From positions 1-52,864 of the forward strand of contig JAZDKQ010000031.1 of assembly GCA_043802865.1 (NCBI GenBank): DNA of 52,864 bases. The letters are read 5' to 3'. Below the pieces are notes generated by a model that saw only the letters and a program-made list of their open reading frames with translations, had not been told where the DNA came from and did not search any database. Below are positions 32,291-41,687 of the stretch, one piece after another. Source of the stretch: Candidatus Moraniibacteriota bacterium (GTDB lineage Bacteria > Patescibacteriota > Minisyncoccia > Moranbacterales > UBA11712). The translations under genes and the position numbers were made by a program. Numbering within the stretch: the first letter of the stretch is position 1; every line of letters starts with the position of its first letter.

Positions 32291-34765
32291 ATGAATTTTC
32301 TCACTTGGCATTATACTGAAGGAACTCGCAAACTGCTTGAAATTTGGCGGAATTATGCAGAGTTTTTTTGGTGGTACTTCGGGATCGGACGGCACTTCCG
32401 CACTCTTTTTTCATCTTGGAAAAGGGATATTTCTCGGGTTGGCAGGCCGGGCTTTCATCCTGTTCTCCTGATACAGTCCGCGCTGGAAAACATCGTCACT
32501 CGGTTTTTTGGCTCCCTCGTTAGGGCCTTTGTGATCTTGTTTGGCCTGATTTCTGAAATGGCCGTACTTTTACTCCTCCCTCTGATTCTTCTTATTTGGC
32601 TGCTTTGGCCGTTGTTTTTGCTTACGGGGATCGGCATCTTTTTTTCTCTGGATGCCGGATCGCCCGCTCCACTTTTTCTTGAAAGTTTGAGTTTTATTTT
32701 GGCTCTGGGCTTGATCCTCATTTCCTTCCGTGCGTATCTGGCTGGCAAAAAAAATCTTTTTGTCACAAGTTGGCCTCAGGTCATGGATCAGGAATGGTTT
32801 GCGCGGGTCTGGGAAAGGATCGGAAAGGAACCATCGACTATTGATCAACGACTGCTGGCGGATCCGAACGCTCTCAATAATTTTCTCCGAAGTTGCGATA
32901 TGACGCCCGAAGAGTTTGAGAAATTGATCGCCTTCGAAGCGGAGCGTCAGGCGGAAAAAGAAGAAAAGAGAAAATTTTGGGATAGGAAGAATTTATACGA
33001 CAGACCGGCAATTGGAGAAAGCTGGACTTATGCTTACACAGTCAATCTTGACCGATACTCGACGGACTTGTCCGAAGGTGATCCGACGGATTATAGGAAT
33101 TCAAAATTGGTCGGGCGATCCGAAGAATTGGATATGCTCGAACTGATTTTGACCCGCCCCAGCCAAAATAGCGCCCTCATTATCGGCGAAGCGGGAGTGG
33201 GGAAGCGGACCGTGGTACATTCTTTGGCGGAAAAAATTCGAAAGAGAAAAGCTGTTCCATATCTTCTTGGAAAAAGAGTCCTTGAGATCAGCCTCGGAGA
33301 GATTTTTTCGGGGATGACGCAAAAAGGACAGGTGGAAGATGTCCTGCGGTCGATGTTTTTTGAAGCCGCCTATGCTGGAAATATCATCTTGGTGATTGAT
33401 AGTATCGGCCATTTTCTCAGCTCCAACCCGCAAAATCCGGGAGAAAATATTTCAGCTGTGCTGGAAGAGTTTCTGGCCGCTCCGACTTTTCAAGTTATCG
33501 GTCTTGCAGATACAGCCGAATTTCACGAAAATATCGAAAAAAAGGAGGCTCTTACCAAATATTTCGAGAAGGTTCAACTCGAAGAGATGAATAGTGAACA
33601 GACTCTTGCGGTTCTCCTTGATGAACTTGAGAAAGTTGAGGGTGGAAAAATTATCTTTACATATCAGGGGCTTCGGGAAATCGTGAAGCTTTCAGAACGA
33701 TACATCACCGACTCACCCTTTCCGGAAAAAGCTCTTGATCTTCTCGAGGAAACACTTCTATTTTGGTCGCAATCTTCAGTAGAGCCATTCATATCGCCGC
33801 AAACGGTCGACGAAGTCGTTTCAAAAAAGATAAAAGTTCCTCTCGGAGAAATGCAGTCAGTAGAACAGGAAAAGATGATCAATCTTGAAGAAATTCTTCA
33901 TCAGCGGGTGATTGGCCAGAAATTTGCTATCAAACAAATCGCTGAAACGATGCGGCGAGCGAGAGTCGGAATGGCCAGTGCTACCAAGCCGATCGGCTCG
34001 TTTCTTTTTCTCGGTCCGACTGGAGTTGGAAAAACCGAATCCGCAAAATCACTGGCTGCCGCCTATTTCGGGGATGAAAAGAGAATGATCCGACTCGATA
34101 TGAGCGAATATCAGGGAGTTGAATCGCTTGATCGGCTACTCGGTTCCGTTGAAATAAACATGACAGGCCAGCTAACCAACAAGGTTAAAGAAAATCCCTA
34201 TGCCCTCCTCCTTTTGGACGAAATTGAGAAGGCTCATCCCAGCATATTGGATTTGTTCCTTCAGATTCTCGACGAAGGCTGGGTGACAGATGCTTTCGGG
34301 AAAAAAATAAACTTTCGCAATCTGATCATCATTGCTACATCCAACGCCGGATCCACATTCATCAAGGAAGCCGTTGAGTCCGGAATGGAGGCCGAGGTTA
34401 TCCAAGGCAAGCTGGTTGATTATGTGATTCGGGAGAATATTTTCCGGCCTGAATTTTTGAACCGTTTTGAAGGAGTGATCTTTTTTCATCCTTTGAACCG
34501 GGAGGAAATTCTCAAGATTGCCCAGCTTCAGCTACTGAGATATTCCGCCCAACTGAAGCGAGTGGAAAACATCGACATTCAATTTGATCCGGAAATAACC
34601 AATTTTATTGTTGAAAAGGGATATGAGCGCAAATTCGGCGCCAGATCGATTGATCGGTTCATACAAGACAAGATCGGAGACAAAGTCGTCAAAAAGATGA
34701 TCAGCCAGGAGATCAGAAAAGGAGATCAATTTATGTTCAAACTTTCGGATATATTAGAAGAATGA
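32291..34765 (+). CDS. membrane-anchored Clp/Hsp100-family AAA+ ATPase (two AAA modules, N-terminal TM domain instead of Clp_N)
   Basis: N-terminal TM helices (LISEMAVLLLLPLILLIWLLWPLFLLTGIGIFF; LSFILALGLILISF). D1 module is LIIGEAGVGKRTVVHSLAEKI ... ILVIDSIGHF. D2 module has canonical FLFLGPTGVGKTESAKSLA ... LLLLDEIEKAH ... ATSNAG. Confidence 0.8.
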   Translation: MNFLTWHYTEGTRKLLEIWRNYAEFFWWYFGIGRHFRTLFSSWKRDISRVGRPGFHPVLLIQSALENIVTRFFGSLVRAFVILFGLISEMAVLLLLPLILLIWLLWPLFLLTGIGIFFSLDAGSPAPLFLESLSFILALGLILISFRAYLAGKKNLFVTSWPQVMDQEWFARVWERIGKEPSTIDQRLLADPNALNNFLRSCDMTPEEFEKLIAFEAERQAEKEEKRKFWDRKNLYDRPAIGESWTYAYTVNLDRYSTDLSEGDPTDYRNSKLVGRSEELDMLELILTRPSQNSALIIGEAGVGKRTVVHSLAEKIRKRKAVPYLLGKRVLEISLGEIFSGMTQKGQVEDVLRSMFFEAAYAGNIILVIDSIGHFLSSNPQNPGENISAVLEEFLAAPTFQVIGLADTAEFHENIEKKEALTKYFEKVQLEEMNSEQTLAVLLDELEKVEGGKIIFTYQGLREIVKLSERYITDSPFPEKALDLLEETLLFWSQSSVEPFISPQTVDEVVSKKIKVPLGEMQSVEQEKMINLEEILHQRVIGQKFAIKQIAETMRRARVGMASATKPIGSFLFLGPTGVGKTESAKSLAAAYFGDEKRMIRLDMSEYQGVESLDRLLGSVEINMTGQLTNKVKENPYALLLLDEIEKAHPSILDLFLQILDEGWVTDAFGKKINFRNLIIIATSNAGSTFIKEAVESGMEAEVIQGKLVDYVIRENIFRPEFLNRFEGVIFFHPLNREEILKIAQLQLLRYSAQLKRVENIDIQFDPEITNFIVEKGYERKFGARSIDRFIQDKIGDKVVKKMISQEIRKGDQFMFKLSDILEE

Positions 34766-34842
34766 TCCGGGCTGCTACATCTATATCTCGCAGGCTGGTC
34801 CGTTATGGACTTTTTTTGATATTTATCATATATTGATAGTGT

Positions 34843-35865
34843 ATGCTGCAGAAAAAAATCAAAGATTTGAAAGTAAAAGCCACTTCTGAAATCAAGAAGA
34901 CCGCTGATGAACGGGTGCTTTTTGATGTCAAGGTGAAATACTTGGGAAGAAAAGGAATATTGATAGATATCTTGAAAAGCCTCAAAGGCTTGAACGAAAG
35001 CGAAAGAAAAACCATTGGACCGTTGGCCAACGAGGCGAGGCAGGCTATTGAAAAAGAAATTGCCAATCGCAAAAAAGAAATTTCAGAAAAAATTGACTGG
35101 GAGAAAGAAAAGATTGACGTGACGTTGCCGGGAGAAAAGAATGAAATTGGAAGTTTGCACCCGATCACGATTGTGCGACGTGAAATCGAAGAAATCTTTG
35201 CTTCCATGGGTTTTGAAATCACCGATGGTCCCGAATTGGAGTTTGAAAAATATAATTTTGATGCATTGAATTTCCCGAAAGATCATCCGGCACGTGATAT
35301 GCAAGACACTTTTTGGATCAAGTCACAGAAAGAAAAACTCCTATTGAGAACTCATACTTCTCCTGTCCAAATAAGGTATATGGAAAAACACAAGCCGCCA
35401 TTCCAAGTGATCGTTCCGGGGCGGGTTTTTCGAAACGAAGCGACGGATGCGAAACACGAACACACATTGCATCAATTCGAAGCTTTGGTGGTGGGAGACA
35501 ATATTAATGTCGGGCACTTCAAATACCTGGCCAAACAATTTTTCAGCGCTTTTTTCGGAATAAAAACGGACATACGGCTTCGACCCAGCTTTTTTCCTTT
35601 TACCGAACCGAGTTTTGAATTTGATATAACCTGTGCAATTTGTTCCGGAAAAGGTTGTTCAACCTGCAAAAACGCCGGATGGATCGAAATCGGTGGTGCG
35701 GGAGTGGTCAATCAGAACGTGTTTGTCGCTTCGGGCTATCCTCGAAACAAGTATCAGGGTTTTGCCTGGGGATTTGGATTGGAACGCTTGGCTATGATGA
35801 AATATAAAATAGATGATATTCGGCTTTTTCAAAGCGGAGACTTGAGATTTATTAAGCAGTTTTAG
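34843..35865 (+). CDS. pheS: phenylalanine--tRNA ligase alpha subunit
   Basis: HPARDMQDTFW; RTHTSPVQIR; RPSFFPFTEPSFEFDI; GFAWGFGLERLAMMKY. Confidence 0.95.
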   Translation: MLQKKIKDLKVKATSEIKKTADERVLFDVKVKYLGRKGILIDILKSLKGLNESERKTIGPLANEARQAIEKEIANRKKEISEKIDWEKEKIDVTLPGEKNEIGSLHPITIVRREIEEIFASMGFEITDGPELEFEKYNFDALNFPKDHPARDMQDTFWIKSQKEKLLLRTHTSPVQIRYMEKHKPPFQVIVPGRVFRNEATDAKHEHTLHQFEALVVGDNINVGHFKYLAKQFFSAFFGIKTDIRLRPSFFPFTEPSFEFDITCAICSGKGCSTCKNAGWIEIGGAGVVNQNVFVASGYPRNKYQGFAWGFGLERLAMMKYKIDDIRLFQSGDLRFIKQF

Positions 35866-35866
35866 T

Positions 35867-37903
35867 ATGAAATATTCATATAATTGGCTAAAAGAGTTGT
35901 CCGGGACGAAATTGTCGCCTGAAAAACTGGCAGATCTTTTGATGATGCGGTCGTTTGAGTTCGAAGAAATGAAAAAAGAGGGGAAAGAAACACAGCTTGA
36001 ATTCGCGATTCTTCCCAATCGCGCTCATGATATGTTGTCGCACATTGGTATGGCGCGGGAAATTTGCGCGGTGGAAGGGCGGAAGCTGAAATCCCCCTCA
36101 ATCCCCCTTTATAAAAGGGGGAGCGGAGCGGAATCGACTCTAAATATTGAAATAAAAGACAAAAAGCTTTGTTCCCGATATATTGGAGCGATTCTTGAAA
36201 ACATAAAAGTTGCGTCTTCGCCGAAATGGATGCAGGAAAGATTATTAGTATCTGGAGTGAAGCCGATTAATAATATTGTCGATATCACGAACTATGTGAT
36301 GCTTGAAACGGGACAACCGCTTCATGCGTTTGACGCAGAGAAGACAACCGTGAATATAATCGTGCGCAAAGCCAAAAAAGGAGAAGAAATAAAGCTATTG
36401 GATGAAAAAATATATAAACTCCATGAAAATAATCTCGTGATTGCTGACAGCGAAAAAGCTTTGGCACTGGCTGGGGTGATGGGCGGAGTTGAATCAAGCG
36501 TGACGGCGAAGACCAAAAACATAATCCTTGAATCGGCCAATTTCAATTTGACCAATATCCGAAAATCAAGGACGCGCTACAATATCATCACGGAATCTTC
36601 GTACCGTTTTGAACGGGACATCGACCCAAATTTGGCGGAAGAAGGTATTTCGCGGGCAATCGAACTTCTTCAAAAATTTGGAGGAAATAATGTGAAAATG
36701 ACTGCATATGCTGATATATATCAGAAAAAAGTGAAGCCGTGGCAGATAAAATTAAACACTGATTATGTGAATAGTCTTTTGGGCGAAAAGATTCCGGTTT
36801 CCAAAATGAAAAGCATTCTTGAAAATCTCGGCCTTGGCGTAAAAATTTCGAAAAATATATTAAATTGCGAGATTCCAACTCGGCGGATCGATCTCAAAAC
36901 GCAGGAAGACCTCATCGAAGAAATCGGCCGGATATATGGATACGAAAATATTTCCGCCAAAGCTCCGGTGGTTGAATTATCGACGCCGGCAGTCAATGAA
37001 AAAATAATTTTTGAAGACAAGCTCCGGGATATTTTGATCGGAAGCGGTTTTTCGGAAGTGATGAGCTATTCTTTCTATGGCGCGGATGACATCGAGAAGT
37101 GCGGACTTAGGATTGAGGGACATTATGAAGTATCCAATCCGATGAATCCGGATCAGCAATATATGCGGACAAGTTTGATCCCCGGAATTTTGAAAAACGT
37201 TGAACTAAATCTCAAGAACTTTGAAGAATTTTCTATTTTTGAGATTGGACGCAAATATCACGATGAAAAGAAGAATATGCCTGTGGAAAAAACTGTTTTG
37301 GTTGGAGCTTTTGTTTGTTCATCAAAGTGGGTTATTGACACAACAAATCCGAGTAATGCTTATTTCGAATTGAAAGGAAAAATTGAAGCGCTTTTCGAAG
37401 CTTTATCGATGAAAGTTGAATTTGCCGAGCCGAAAATCGCAGGCAGCATCTGTCATCCAAAACGCAGTGCCGTTATTAAGCTAAAAGATAAAATCGTTGG
37501 ATATATTTGTGAAATCAATCCAAAAGTTTTGAGCGAGTATAAAATAAAAACTCGCGTGGCGGCATTTGAGTTGAATATCGCAGATATTCTGGAACTAACC
37601 CCATTTCAAAAAGAATACAAATCCATCAGCAAATTTCCTTCCGTCAAGCGTGATGTTTCAATGTTCGTCGGAAAAGACACAAAATACAACGAAATAGCGA
37701 CGAAAATCAACGAAGCGGACAAGAAATTGATCCTAGGAGTTGAATTGTTCGACATTTTCGAAAAAGAAGGCGAAAAAAGCATGGCCTTGCACGTTGAAAT
37801 CGGCTCCCGCGAGAAAACTTTGACATCTGCTGAAATTGACGGCGTGATGAAAAAGATTATTTCGAAATTGGAAAAAGATTTGAAAGTGAAAGTGAGAAAA
37901 TAA
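35867..37903 (+). CDS. pheT: phenylalanine--tRNA ligase beta subunit (shortened, 678 aa)
   Basis: MKYSYNWLKEL... start; B3/4 region CSRYIGAILENIKVASSPKWMQERL; B5 domain; C-terminal FDIFEKEGEKSMALHV. The gene pair sits with pheS, 1 nt apart. Confidence 0.9.
   Translation: MKYSYNWLKELSGTKLSPEKLADLLMMRSFEFEEMKKEGKETQLEFAILPNRAHDMLSHIGMAREICAVEGRKLKSPSIPLYKRGSGAESTLNIEIKDKKLCSRYIGAILENIKVASSPKWMQERLLVSGVKPINNIVDITNYVMLETGQPLHAFDAEKTTVNIIVRKAKKGEEIKLLDEKIYKLHENNLVIADSEKALALAGVMGGVESSVTAKTKNIILESANFNLTNIRKSRTRYNIITESSYRFERDIDPNLAEEGISRAIELLQKFGGNNVKMTAYADIYQKKVKPWQIKLNTDYVNSLLGEKIPVSKMKSILENLGLGVKISKNILNCEIPTRRIDLKTQEDLIEEIGRIYGYENISAKAPVVELSTPAVNEKIIFEDKLRDILIGSGFSEVMSYSFYGADDIEKCGLRIEGHYEVSNPMNPDQQYMRTSLIPGILKNVELNLKNFEEFSIFEIGRKYHDEKKNMPVEKTVLVGAFVCSSKWVIDTTNPSNAYFELKGKIEALFEALSMKVEFAEPKIAGSICHPKRSAVIKLKDKIVGYICEINPKVLSEYKIKTRVAAFELNIADILELTPFQKEYKSISKFPSVKRDVSMFVGKDTKYNEIATKINEADKKLILGVELFDIFEKEGEKSMALHVEIGSREKTLTSAEIDGVMKKIISKLEKDLKVKVRK
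36102..36122. repeat. 9-bp stem / 3-nt loop hairpin embedded in-frame in pheT
   Basis: TCCCCCTTT-ATA-AAAGGGGGA encodes ...SIPLYKRGS.... It is preceded by a direct repeat ATCCCCCT x2 (36091-36108). Confidence 0.75.
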
Positions 37904-38377
37904 ATGAATCATCCCAAACCAACAAAAATAACAACCCTTTGTTTTGTACGCAAACATCCAAAGATACTACTAGGTATGAAAAAGCGGGGATTTGGTGAAG
38001 GGCGCTGGAACGGATACGGCGGGAAAGTGAAAAATGGCGAAACATTGGAAGAAAATATCATCAGGGAAATGCAAGAAGAATGCGGGCTCACGCCGACAAA
38101 ATTCGAAAAACGAGGCGTATTATACTTTGAATTTGAGGAAATTCCCAAACAAATCATCGAAGTGAACTTATTTTCCATAGACGAGTATGACGGAGAGCCG
38201 GTCGAAACCGAAGAAATGAGGCCGCAATGGTTCGATGTCGATGAGCTTCCTTGGAATGAAATGTGGTCGGATGATATTCATTGGTATCCCTTGTTTTTGG
38301 AAGGAAAGAAATTCAAAGGCAATTTTCTTTTCGACGGGCAGGAAAAAGTTATCAGACATGAACTTGAAGAAATATAA
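37904..38377 (+). CDS. NUDIX hydrolase (MutT-like)
   Basis: Nudix box GGKVKNGETLEENIIREMQEECGL (GX5EX7REUXEEXGU). Starts immediately after the pheT stop. Confidence 0.85.
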   Translation: MNHPKPTKITTLCFVRKHPKILLGMKKRGFGEGRWNGYGGKVKNGETLEENIIREMQEECGLTPTKFEKRGVLYFEFEEIPKQIIEVNLFSIDEYDGEPVETEEMRPQWFDVDELPWNEMWSDDIHWYPLFLEGKKFKGNFLFDGQEKVIRHELEEI

Positions 38378-38383
38378 TTTTCA

Positions 38384-39187
38384 ATGAAAGAAATTTCCAA
38401 ACATTACAACCCTTCCGAAGTTGAGCCGAAGTGGCGGGAATTTTGGGAGAAGAATAATATTTATAAATTCAATCCCAAGGCCAAAGGGGAGATTTTTTCC
38501 GTGGACACGCCGCCGCCGACAGTGAGCGGAAAAATGCATATTGGTCACGCTTATTCATACACGCACGAAGATTTCATTGTTCGATATCGCCGAATGAAAG
38601 GCGAAAATGTATTTTTTCCTTTCGGAACGGACAATAATGGCCTTGCAACGGAAAGATTGATCGAAAAAATGAAAAATGTCCGGGCCGGCAAAATGGATCG
38701 CAATGAATTCATCAAATTATGCAATCAAACAGTCAAAGAAATTACGCCTGATTTCATATTGGATTGGCAAAAAATTGGCATGTCTTGCGATTTTTCAAAG
38801 ATCTACTCGACAATTGACGACAACAGCCGCTGCGCGAGCCAAAAATATTTCATTGATTTATATCAAAAAGGCCACGCCTATCGCCAGGAAGCGCCGGTGG
38901 TTTGGTGCCCGCATTGTCAAACGGCCATTGCCCAAGCGGAACTCGAAGACAAAGAAGTCGAAACTCTTTTCAATGATATCGTTTTCAAGCTGAAAGATAA
39001 AAAAAATCTGATCATTGCCACGACCCGCCCGGAACTGCTTTCGAGTTGCGTCGCGGTTTTCGTGCATCCGCGCGATTTGAGATACAAAAAATTAATCGGG
39101 CAAAAAGCGCAAGTGCCGATTTTCGGCAACAAAGTTGAAATATTGGCAGACAAAAAAGTGGATCCCGAGAGGGGACGGGCGCGGTGA
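38384..39187 (+). CDS. valS: valine--tRNA ligase, N-terminal fragment (frame interrupted near 39167-39175)
   Basis: YNPSEVEPKWREFWEKNNIY; DTPPPTVSGKMHIGHAYSY (HIGH); FGTDNNGLATE. Ends ...KKVDPERGRAR*, where homologues read VDPE.GTGAVM. Confidence 0.85.
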   Translation: MKEISKHYNPSEVEPKWREFWEKNNIYKFNPKAKGEIFSVDTPPPTVSGKMHIGHAYSYTHEDFIVRYRRMKGENVFFPFGTDNNGLATERLIEKMKNVRAGKMDRNEFIKLCNQTVKEITPDFILDWQKIGMSCDFSKIYSTIDDNSRCASQKYFIDLYQKGHAYRQEAPVVWCPHCQTAIAQAELEDKEVETLFNDIVFKLKDKKNLIIATTRPELLSSCVAVFVHPRDLRYKKLIGQKAQVPIFGNKVEILADKKVDPERGRAR

Positions 39188-40737
39188 TGTGCTGTACGTT
39201 CGGCGACAAAACCGATGTGGAGTGGTTCAAAGAATACAAACTGCCACTTGTTATTTCGCTCGAAAAGTATGGAAAAATGTCGGAACGGGCGAAAAAATAC
39301 GCGGGACTTTCAGTCAAAGATGCGCGCCAAAATGTCATTGAAGATCTGCAAAAGAAAAAACTGCTAATTGGCCAGAAAAAAATCACGCACTCAGTTAATA
39401 TTCACGAAAGATGCAAAAATGAGGTTGAAATCCTGAATTCCAAACAATGGTACATCAAAATTCTCGACAAAAAGAAAAAATTCATCGAACTTGGAAAAAA
39501 AATCAAGTGGCATCCGCCCTTCATGCGGGCGCGCTATGAAAACTGGATCAACAATCTCGGCTGGGATTGGGCAATCTCGCGCCAAAGATTTTTCGGCATT
39601 CCGTTTCCAGTTTGGTATTGCGAGAAATGTGGAGAAGTGAAACTGGCCGATGTTGAAGATCTGCCGGTTGATCCGCTCACCGACAAACCAAAAGGAAAAT
39701 GCGCGAAGTGCGGAGGAACAAAATTCATACCCGAAAAAGATGTGCTCGACACTTGGGCGACCAGTTCCATTTCTCCGCAGCTTGCTTTGCAATTATTTTT
39801 TTCCGAAAAAGATGCGCAAAAAATTATCCCGATGAATCTTCGTCCGCAAGCTCATGACATAATTTCAACTTGGCTTTTCTATACAGTTGTTCGCTCAAAC
39901 TATCATTTTGACAAAATTCCGTGGAAAAATGTCATGATTTCGGGACATGTCCTTGATTCAAAAGGGGGGAAAATGTCAAAAAGTCTTGGCAACGCGGTTG
40001 CGCCGCAAGAAATATTTGAACGATATGGTTCGGACGCTTTGCGCTATTGGTCAGCCGAAAGCAGTTTGGGACAGGATATAAACTATTCTGAAGATGAAAT
40101 AAAAATAGGCAAAAAAACCACGACCAAACTCTGGAATGCCGCCAGGTTCATGGCGATGAACGTGAAAAAAACGGAATTGCTCAAATCTATAGATATAATT
40201 GAGCCGGCAGATGCGTGGATCGTTGACGAGCTGAACAAAACAATTGTGAAAACGACCAAAGCTTTCGAAAACTACGCCTACGCGAAAGCCAAAGAAGAAA
40301 TCGACAGTTTTTTCTGGTCAAAATTCGCGGACTATTATGTCGAGTTTGTAAAATATAGATTCTTCGGAGATGACGCAAAATCGAAAAAAACGGGCGAAAA
40401 AACGATCGCGACCGTATTTTTCAATATCGTGAAACTCTATGCGCCGATCATGCCATTTGTCACAGAAGAAATTTTCCAAACCTATTTTAAACATCTTGAA
40501 AAAGTGAAGAGTATCCACATTTCTAACTGGCCGGAAGAAATAAAATTGAAAAAATCACCTGAAATTTCGGATTTTGAAAACGCGATCAAGGCGGTTGATG
40601 AGATCAGAAAGCACAAAACAAAGCAAAATATTTCTCTTGGAGCGGAAATTGATTCAATTAAACTAAAAACCAAAGTAAATTTGAAGAAATACGGCGAGTT
40701 TTTGAGAAAAGTAGGAAGAGTGGGAAAAATAAATTAA
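39184..40737 (+). CDS. valS: valine--tRNA ligase, C-terminal fragment (frame -1 relative to the N-fragment)
   Basis: This frame reads (E)GTGAVMCCTFGDKTDVEWF from 39169 onward and continues the N-fragment homology seamlessly. KMSKS motif GGKMSKSLGN. The anticodon-binding domain follows. Confidence 0.85.
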   Translation: MMCCTFGDKTDVEWFKEYKLPLVISLEKYGKMSERAKKYAGLSVKDARQNVIEDLQKKKLLIGQKKITHSVNIHERCKNEVEILNSKQWYIKILDKKKKFIELGKKIKWHPPFMRARYENWINNLGWDWAISRQRFFGIPFPVWYCEKCGEVKLADVEDLPVDPLTDKPKGKCAKCGGTKFIPEKDVLDTWATSSISPQLALQLFFSEKDAQKIIPMNLRPQAHDIISTWLFYTVVRSNYHFDKIPWKNVMISGHVLDSKGGKMSKSLGNAVAPQEIFERYGSDALRYWSAESSLGQDINYSEDEIKIGKKTTTKLWNAARFMAMNVKKTELLKSIDIIEPADAWIVDELNKTIVKTTKAFENYAYAKAKEEIDSFFWSKFADYYVEFVKYRFFGDDAKSKKTGEKTIATVFFNIVKLYAPIMPFVTEEIFQTYFKHLEKVKSIHISNWPEEIKLKKSPEISDFENAIKAVDEIRKHKTKQNISLGAEIDSIKLKTKVNLKKYGEFLRKVGRVGKIN

Positions 40738-40739
40738 CT

Positions 40740-40840
40740 TGTCATCCTGATGTTTCGACATTTTGTCGGAACGAAGGATCTCGTCAAAATTTGCACGGGA
40801 TTCTTCCCCCGCCGCCTTTAGCGGCGGAGTCAGAATGACA
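40740..40840. repeat. MITE/REP-like element with 11-bp terminal inverted repeats (1 mismatch) and two internal hairpins
   Basis: TGTCATCCTGA (40740-40750) / TCAGAATGACA (40830-40840). Internal hairpins: GTTTCGAC/GTCGGAAC (40752-40772) and CCGCCGC-cttta-GCGGCGG (40809-40827). It fills the valS-ispH spacer. Confidence 0.7.
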
Positions 40841-40847
40841 GCATTAT

Positions 40848-41687
40848 ATGAAAATAACCATCGGCAAGCATTCTGGTTTTTGTTTCGGCGTGAGGCGCGC
40901 CTATGATTTGACATGCGTCAATTCAAAAGATTGCGATGATGTTTTCATCCTTGGCAAGCTTGTTCACAACAATGACGTTTGCCAAGATTTGTATAAGCGC
41001 GGGATCAAGGAAATCAAAGCCTTGTCTGATATCAAAGATGGGACAGTGATCTTTACCGCGCATGGTGTCGGACCGGGTTTCTATGAAAAAGCGAGCGCGA
41101 GAGGGCTCAAGATCATCGACACGACCTGTCCAAAGGTGATGAAGGCACAAAGACTGGCCAAAAATTATACTGAAAAAGAATATGTCGTTCTGGTTTTCGG
41201 CGATAAAAACCACAAAGAAGTGAAAAGTATTTTTGAATGGTCGGGAAGAAAAGCAAGAGTAATCGGCAGTTTTGAGGAAATAAAAAAAATAAATCTCAAT
41301 AAGACCAAAAAATACTGTCTCATTTCGCAGACAACCCAAAATGTCGAAGAGTTCAAAAAAATCATCGCCTATCTCAAAAAAAATCTCAAAAATTTTGTTT
41401 TTTTCAATACAATCTGCCCATCGACGAACGATCGCCAAAAAGAAGTGCGTGCTCTCGCCAAAAACAATGACGTCGTGGTCGTGATTGGTGGAAAAGACAG
41501 CGCCAACTCGAGAATGCTGTATGAAATCTCAAGAGCGATAAATAAAAAAACATATTTCATTGAAAATGCCAGGCAATTGAAGAAAAACTGGTTTAATGGT
41601 ATAAAAAGAACAGCTATATCAGCAGGAGCATCCACACCCGAGTGGATAATTGAAGAAGTTATCAATAAAATAAATTCACTTGCATGA
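40848..41687 (+). CDS. ispH: 4-hydroxy-3-methylbut-2-enyl diphosphate reductase (IspH/LytB)
   Basis: GFCFGVRRA; LVHNNDV; TAHGVGP; DTTCPKV; SQTTQ; NTICPSTNDRQ; GGKDSANS; SAGASTPEW. Confidence 0.9.
   Translation: MKITIGKHSGFCFGVRRAYDLTCVNSKDCDDVFILGKLVHNNDVCQDLYKRGIKEIKALSDIKDGTVIFTAHGVGPGFYEKASARGLKIIDTTCPKVMKAQRLAKNYTEKEYVVLVFGDKNHKEVKSIFEWSGRKARVIGSFEEIKKINLNKTKKYCLISQTTQNVEEFKKIIAYLKKNLKNFVFFNTICPSTNDRQKEVRALAKNNDVVVVIGGKDSANSRMLYEISRAINKKTYFIENARQLKKNWFNGIKRTAISAGASTPEWIIEEVINKINSLA

Noticed and set aside
34766-34842. Possible T-box leader upstream of pheS.
   Set aside because: The spacer is only 77 nt, lacks the T-box consensus (AGGGTGGNACCGCG-like) and specifier-loop architecture, and is too short for a T-box.
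39167-39175. A canonical programmed -1 frameshift signal at the valS break.
   Set aside because: There is no X_XXY_YYZ slippery heptamer and no obvious downstream pseudoknot. The break is reported as a frame change of unknown cause rather than as established recoding.
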